Assembly (NCBI GenBank): GCA_020852755.1
Contig: JADZAF010000099.1
Span: 32,125-96,124, forward strand
Direction: 5' to 3'
Length of the DNA stretch: 64,000 nucleotides
Source of the DNA: Bryobacterales bacterium
GTDB taxonomy: Bacteria > Acidobacteriota > Terriglobia > Bryobacterales > Bryobacteraceae
The stretch's first letter is position 1. Each line of letters begins with the position of its first letter. Shown one piece after another: positions 58,226 to 64,000 of the stretch. Under the pieces are notes generated by a model. The model was not told the origin of the DNA. It saw only the letters and a program-made list of their open reading frames with translations, and ran no database searches. The translations under genes were made by a program, and so were the position numbers.

Positions 58226-58744
58226 TCAGATCCTTGTTAAGAACGCGCCGCATCTCGGGCACTCAGTCCGGTTGCATGGCTGGCCTGGCGCGTGCGGCGC
58301 TTTGTGGCCGCAGTTCGGGCACACGCACATGCCGCCCGGTCCCGCGGAGAAAGGCCCGCTCATTCGCCCGCGCTCTCGGCCCCCGCCCCCTTGAGAGCGC
58401 CGCCTCCCGGCGCCGCAGCCCGGCATCCGGAAGTCCGGCTGTGCGAGCCTCCCGTCCAGAAAAGCTCCCAGCACCTCTTCGATGCCGCCGCACACAAAGC
58501 CGATGACCCGCACGCCCGCGGACGCGAGCCTGGCCTCCAGAACCGCGGAGATGGCGCCGCAGATGAGGACCTTGGCGCCCAGCCCGGACACCTCGGCGGC
58601 ACGGCCCGCGGCGTCCTCCCGGGCCAACCGCTTCTTCTCGCGGCTCACTTCCCGTCCGTCCTCGACCTCAACCAGCAGCACCGCGCCGGCGCTGTCGAAC
58701 ACGGGCGATACGCGATCCTGCCAGTGCGGAATCGCGATTCTCAT
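58226..58744 (-). CDS. NifX/NifB-family domain protein with C-terminal Cys4 zinc-ribbon tail
   Basis: MRIAIPHWQDRVSPVF...LICGAIS... NifX-like domain, then GMCVCPNCGHK...CPRCG. Confidence 0.6.
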   Translation of the reverse strand: MRIAIPHWQDRVSPVFDSAGAVLLVEVEDGREVSREKKRLAREDAAGRAAEVSGLGAKVLICGAISAVLEARLASAGVRVIGFVCGGIEEVLGAFLDGRLAQPDFRMPGCGAGRRRSQGGGGRERGRMSGPFSAGPGGMCVCPNCGHKAPHAPGQPCNRTECPRCGAFLTRI

Positions 58745-58765
58745 CGCTCACCCGGCATGCACGGC

Positions 58766-58780
58766 GGGTGCCAGTCCGAA
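58766..58780 (-). promoter_or_regulatory. sigma54 promoter candidate TGGCAC-N5-GTGC (minus strand) upstream of the NifX-like/DUF5320/MinD-like gene run
   Basis: Minus-strand 5'-TGGCACCCGCCGTGC-3' has a perfect -24 TGGCAC and GC at -12. It lies only 17 nt upstream of the annotated ATG, which would imply a near-leaderless mRNA. Confidence 0.3.
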
Positions 58781-58853
58781 ACTCTCGGGAAACCCGGGTA
58801 TAACACTGCAAAGTGCCCGGATGCGCCGCTCCTGGCGCTTGCATGCTGCACTG

Positions 58854-58866
58854 GTGTAAGTTACAC
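58854..58866. promoter_or_regulatory. 13-bp perfect palindrome GTGTAAgTTACAC in the divergent intergenic region
   Basis: Read directly. It lies 10 nt upstream of the sigma54 activator start codon. Confidence 0.45.
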
Positions 58867-58876
58867 TGAAAACGCC

Positions 58877-60217
<1,341 letters not shown>

Positions 60218-60244
60218 CCGTGCATTCCGCGCGAGTGCCGCGGC

Positions 60245-60260
60245 TGGCCCCCGGCGTGCT
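60245..60260 (+). promoter_or_regulatory. sigma54 promoter candidate TGGCCC-N5-GTGCT upstream of the two plus-strand NifX-like genes
   Basis: GG at 60246-60247 and GC at 60258-60259, 10 nt apart. The ATG at 60289 is about 30 nt downstream, with AAAGAGAA before it. Confidence 0.35.
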
Positions 60261-60288
60261 CCAGGTCCGGTTCGAGCGAAAGAGAATC

Positions 60289-60699
60289 ATGAAACTGGCA
60301 GTCACTTCCCACGGCCCTCAGCTCCATTCCGCCCTCGACCCCCGCTTCGGCCGCGCCCGCCATTTCATCGTCGTCGATACCGAAACCGGCGCATCCACGG
60401 CGGTCGACAATTCCGCCGTATTGGATCTGGCCCAGGGGGCGGGAATACAGGCGGGCAGGCGGATCGTCGAACTGGGAGTCGAGGCCCTCGTCACCGGACA
60501 CGTCGGTCCCAAGGCGCTGGCCATCTTGCGGGCCGGCCGCGTGCGGATCTACACCGGCGCCTCCGGAGCCGTGGCTGACGCCCTCGAACTGTTCAGGCAA
60601 GGCAGGCTGGCCTGCTTGGATTCAGCGGACCCGCCAGGAGCCGGGGCCACGGCCGGTGCTTCCTTCCCCGCCGGAACCCGTCGAACCCAGCATTCCTAG
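60289..60699 (+). CDS. NifX/NifB-family domain protein
   Basis: MKLAVTSHGPQLHSALDPRFGRARHFIVVD...VTGHVGPKALAILRAGRVRIY is typical. Confidence 0.6.
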   Translation: MKLAVTSHGPQLHSALDPRFGRARHFIVVDTETGASTAVDNSAVLDLAQGAGIQAGRRIVELGVEALVTGHVGPKALAILRAGRVRIYTGASGAVADALELFRQGRLACLDSADPPGAGATAGASFPAGTRRTQHS

Positions 60700-60712
60700 G
60701 AGTAACCTCGTC

Positions 60713-61057
60713 ATGAACCTGCGAATCGCGCTCCCCCTCGCCGGGGGCCAGTTGTCCGCCCACTTCGGGCACTGTGAGAAGTTTGCCTTCATCGATGTCG
60801 ACTACATCGCCAGGGAGGTCCTCTGCGCCTCCGAAGTAGACGCCCCCGAGCATGAGCCCGGCCTGCTGCCGCGCTGGCTGCGCGAGCGCGGCGTCAACCT
60901 CGTGATCGCCTCCGGCATCGGCGCGCGCGCCACCCGCTTGCTCAACGACGCTCAAATCGGCGTCCTCACCGGCGCGCCGGCCCGGGAGCCCGCCGCCCTC
61001 GTGCGCGACTACCTGGACGGCCGCCTGACCACCGGGCGTAACGCCTGCGACCACTGA
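60713..61057 (+). CDS. NifX/NifB-family domain protein
   Basis: MNLRIALPLAGGQLSAHFGHCEKFAFIDVD...LVIASGIGARA. Confidence 0.6.
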   Translation: MNLRIALPLAGGQLSAHFGHCEKFAFIDVDYIAREVLCASEVDAPEHEPGLLPRWLRERGVNLVIASGIGARATRLLNDAQIGVLTGAPAREPAALVRDYLDGRLTTGRNACDH

Positions 61058-61463
61058 GGGCGCCGCATCAGTACTCTCACCCGTTCGCACCGGCCGGAAC
61101 CCTGTCCAATTCCCGCCCCTTTCCAGGTACCAGTACTTTGACGGCCCGGAGCTTCCCGGCTCGCCGGTAGCCGCTCCGGCCTCTAACTCCTGTCCGTGCA
61201 TCATGGATCCCGGAACTTGCGCTCTCCCGCCACCTCCCGCCGGACGTCCCGCAGCCCGGCATCTCCTGTTCCGGGTACCATTACCCGGCTGTCCTATTAC
61301 GGACGTAGAAGTCCGGTTAATGCCGCCAATTACAGCTAATTTCCTCGCATTTTCGCCGGTATTTTTACCCGTCGCCTTTTTTCCCGGGTCCTGGTATCCT
61401 CTGCGGCCTCTCGCGCCGCCCGCACACCGCCTGCCAAACGCATAGAAGTACTGAGAATCACCT

Positions 61464-61522
61464 GCGTTGCATGCCTCCCTGTCAGTCTGGAAGACTATCG
61501 CCGAGTCCTATACGTGCAACGC
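61464..61522 (+). other. nested inverted repeats (GCGTTGCAUG...CGUGCAACGC outer stem; AGTCT-gga-AGACT inner) in a 570-nt non-coding region
   Basis: Read directly. It lies 110-170 nt upstream of the J-domain gene. This is a candidate structured 5' UTR or small RNA. Confidence 0.3.
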
Positions 61523-61629
61523 CCGGAACCCCGGATTCACCTGCCTGTTGGTTGTAGTATCGATTCGGCTTTTTTTGCGTAAATCCAGGCAAATTAGAAC
61601 GTATACTGTAAGTCAAATCGGAACAGGGA

Positions 61630-62268
61630 ATGACCGAAGAGCGCTTCGTCGATTATTACGAGCTGATGCAGATCAGCCCTGCCGCCGAGCCGGAGACCAT
61701 CCAGCGCGTCTTTCGCATGCTGGCCGCCCGTTATCACCCCGATAACACCCAGACCGGCGACCTGGAGAAGTTCCTGCTGCTCGGCCAGGCTCGCGACATC
61801 CTCGAAGACCCCGAAAAGCGGGCCGCCTATGATGCCCTCCGGCAGGAAGAGAAACAGAAGCCCCTGGCGGTCTTTTCCCTGAAGGAATTCGCGGTCGGAA
61901 TCGACGGCGAGGCCAACCGCCGCCTGGGAGTCCTCTGCCTCCTCTACCACCAGCGGCGCGTCAGCCCGGACAAGCCCAGCTTGTCCCTCCTCGACCTCGA
62001 GAGTATCATGTCGTTTCCCCGCGAACACCTGGTCTTCACCCTCTGGTACCTCTCCGAGAAGCATCAGGTCCGGCGGGACGAAACCAGCAACTATGTCATT
62101 ACCGCCGAAGGCATCGACTACGTCGAATCCAAGCTCTCCTCGAACCGCGTCATCTACCGCCTGCTCAAGTCCGCGGAGTACGGTTCGGCCGCCAGCGACG
62201 ACCTTCGAATTTGGCTCAACGAAGAAGTAATTGATAGCCCCCACGGCAATGGGACTGGAAGGTTATGA
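61630..62268 (+). CDS. J-domain (DnaJ-like) protein
   Basis: Helix II-HPD-helix III: LAARYHPDNTQTGD...RAAYD. The C-terminal 130 aa is unassigned. Confidence 0.7.
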   Translation: MTEERFVDYYELMQISPAAEPETIQRVFRMLAARYHPDNTQTGDLEKFLLLGQARDILEDPEKRAAYDALRQEEKQKPLAVFSLKEFAVGIDGEANRRLGVLCLLYHQRRVSPDKPSLSLLDLESIMSFPREHLVFTLWYLSEKHQVRRDETSNYVITAEGIDYVESKLSSNRVIYRLLKSAEYGSAASDDLRIWLNEEVIDSPHGNGTGRL

Positions 62269-62780
62269 ATAAGCAGAAGCCGCTTCGGCCCGATCCCCTT
62301 CGCGTCCGGGCCGCCCCGATCGAAACGAGTAATCCGCTGCCCCATCCCTCCCTCTCGGGTTTCTCCTGGGAGATGGGGGTTACGCTCAGTAAACTGGCCT
62401 TTGTCGTCGTCGCCGTCGCCTTCACGCTGGTCGTGCTGAAGGAGTGGCCCTGGCTCCGCGAGCGCGGCATGGCCCTGCTGCCCGATCCCGTCGCCCGGTT
62501 CTTCACGTCGGAACGGGCGCCCGAGGCCGAGGAAGGCAGGCTGAGCAGGCTCCGCGCCCGCGTTCTGAACGAGGTCGGCCCCCGCGAGCGTTCGGCCCAG
62601 TCCAAATCGCCCGCCGGTTTCACCGTTGGCTCCACCAAAGACCAGGTCCGCGCCATCCAGGGAGCGCCCACCCGCGCCACCGCCGACGTCTGGTACTACG
62701 GGGAGTCCGAAGTGCACTTCATCAACAACCGGGTCGTCCTGTGGCGGAGTTCCAGTACAAGTCCGCTCCGGACCCGGTAA
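62265..62780 (+). CDS. hypothetical single-pass membrane protein, translationally coupled (ATGA) to the J-domain gene
   Basis: One TM helix (LAFVVVAVAFTLVVL) and a soluble C-terminal domain. Confidence 0.5.
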   Translation: MNKQKPLRPDPLRVRAAPIETSNPLPHPSLSGFSWEMGVTLSKLAFVVVAVAFTLVVLKEWPWLRERGMALLPDPVARFFTSERAPEAEEGRLSRLRARVLNEVGPRERSAQSKSPAGFTVGSTKDQVRAIQGAPTRATADVWYYGESEVHFINNRVVLWRSSSTSPLRTR

Positions 62781-62795
62781 GCTGTTCCGCCCGCT

Positions 62796-63995
62796 CTACT
62801 CGATTCGCTCCGTCCCGAAAATGTCGTCGGCCGGCGCCGTATGGCGCGTGAAGTAGAGTTTTACCGCCCGCTCCATGTCGGGGTAGCGGATCTCCACCGG
62901 CTCGCTCTCGTACTCCTTGATCCACTGGATGATCGTGCAGATATCGTTGGGCAGGCAGGCCCGCAGCTCCCTGGCCCCCGCCTGGCGGCACAGCTTCCGG
63001 AGTTTCAGCGCGCTGTCCGGCTCGGCCGGGATCGCCCGGGTGCTGGTCACCTGCTCGAAAATCGCGTCGAACACCGTGGCGTCCACCGGCTCCACGTAGA
63101 TCTTGTTGTGGATGCGCCGCAGAAACGCCTCGTCGGCCAGTTCCGAAGGGTCCAGGTTGGTCGAGAAAACCACCATCAACTCGAACGGAATCTGGAACTT
63201 GACCCCGTACCGCAGGCTCAGGTAGTCCACCCGCCGGTCCAGCGGCAGGATCCACCGGTTCAGCAGCTTCCGCGGCGACATCACCTGCCGCCCGAAGTCG
63301 TCGATCACCAGGATCCCGTTGTTCGCCTTCATCTGCAGCGGCGCCGCGTAGATCTGCGACGCCGTGTCCAGCCGCAGTTCCAGCATGCCCGGCGTCATCT
63401 CGCCCCCCGTCACGATGAACGGCCGCTTGCACACCACCCACCGCCCGTCGTTCTGCGAACCCGGTTCCCCCACCCGCTCGTGAACCACCGGGTCGTACAC
63501 CACGATGATCTGCCCGTCCACCTCCACCGCGTACGGGATCAGCACCGTGTCCTCGTAGATGCGCATCAGCCGTTCCGCCAGGCTGGTCTTGCCGTTGCCC
63601 GTAGGCCCGTACAAAAACAACGACTTCTGCGACACCAGCGCCGGCCCCAACTGGTCCAGCAGCCGGTCCGTCACCACCAGGTCCGAGAGCGCCTTCATCA
63701 GCGATTCCCGCGACACCTTCACCTTCGCCATCTGCGCCCGCACCGCCTTGTGGTACTCCCGGATCGAAACCGGCGCCGGCCCCGCATAGTGCGAGATGCG
63801 CCTCCGGTTCACCGCCAGCCGGTGCCCCGCGTTGGTCAGCGTGAACGAGTAATCCTCGCCCATGATGCCCTTTACGTCCAGGATCTGCTGCTGCCGCAGC
63901 GACCGGAATACCTGCTCCACAACCCGGTGGGGCAGTTTCAGCGACTGGCACAACCCGAAGATCGTGCTGGTCCCCTCCATGTAGGCTCGCCGCAC
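62796..63995 (-). CDS. AAA-type P-loop ATPase (family unassigned); may extend past the window edge
   Basis: Walker A GPTGNGKT, Walker B ILVIDDFG, and sensor-1-like VFSTN. Confidence 0.6.
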   Translation of the reverse strand: MRRAYMEGTSTIFGLCQSLKLPHRVVEQVFRSLRQQQILDVKGIMGEDYSFTLTNAGHRLAVNRRRISHYAGPAPVSIREYHKAVRAQMAKVKVSRESLMKALSDLVVTDRLLDQLGPALVSQKSLFLYGPTGNGKTSLAERLMRIYEDTVLIPYAVEVDGQIIVVYDPVVHERVGEPGSQNDGRWVVCKRPFIVTGGEMTPGMLELRLDTASQIYAAPLQMKANNGILVIDDFGRQVMSPRKLLNRWILPLDRRVDYLSLRYGVKFQIPFELMVVFSTNLDPSELADEAFLRRIHNKIYVEPVDATVFDAIFEQVTSTRAIPAEPDSALKLRKLCRQAGARELRACLPNDICTIIQWIKEYESEPVEIRYPDMERAVKLYFTRHTAPADDIFGTERIE

Positions 63996-64000
63996 GATCA

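Noticed and set aside
61560-61580. T7 run (cggcttttttt) considered as an intrinsic terminator
   Set aside because: No GC-rich hairpin immediately precedes it, only an ATCGAT mini-palindrome. It is nearly 500 nt beyond the nearest upstream stop.

Overview
The window is high-GC (about 65-70%), gene-dense bacterial chromosome with no rRNA, tRNA, CRISPR array, transposase or prophage signal. The protein repertoire suggests an Acidobacteriota-like soil organism, but that is only an inference. All calls come from reading the six-frame translations and the nucleotide text. No database search was run.

The backbone is housekeeping and catabolic genes. These include a ddl 3' fragment, a CtpA S41 peptidase, an RraA-like gene, a Gfo/Idh/MocA oxidoreductase, a DinB family gene, glgC, an MFS transporter, an MBL hydrolase, a ROK glucokinase, a DUF1080 gene, a CPBP protease, a TDT transporter, a GH28 polygalacturonase, a hybrid PAS histidine kinase, pirin and YceI, a CocE/NonD hydrolase, SMP-30, a PaaI thioesterase, SOD, a Spy/CpxP-like chaperone, and a KdgK-Eda-DapA-like uronate/KDG block.

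A complete minus-strand histidine operon runs hisI-hisG-hisD-hisC-HAD-hisB-hisH-hisF-hisA. Directly upstream of it I can read a 17-codon leader peptide, [17 protein letters not shown], followed by an intrinsic terminator. This is a His-codon attenuator.

Five further items stand out.
- A 1861-aa ORF is co-operonic with an SPFH/band-7 gene. It appears to fuse class-I PLP aminotransferase fold(s) to a divergent C-terminal PEP-carboxylase-like domain.
- A stand-alone Cas6-family endoribonuclease homolog is translationally coupled (TGATG) to a URO-D/MtaA-like methyltransferase. No array or other cas gene is in the window.
- A cluster of four NifX/NifB-like small proteins, two MinD-like Fe-S ATPases, a DUF5320 protein and an embedded Asp racemase lies around a divergent sigma54 PAS activator. 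Candidate -24/-12 promoters flank that activator.
- A second sigma54 activator sits divergent from pirin-yceI. It has a well-formed TGGCTC-N5-TTGC promoter and two ACAAC-N8-GTTG dyads upstream.
- A J-domain protein, a coupled membrane protein and a convergent AAA ATPase sit at the window end.

Non-CDS coordinates were anchored to the ORF track by hand and may be off by 1-2 nt. The displayed text near 2400 disagrees with the track by one base.
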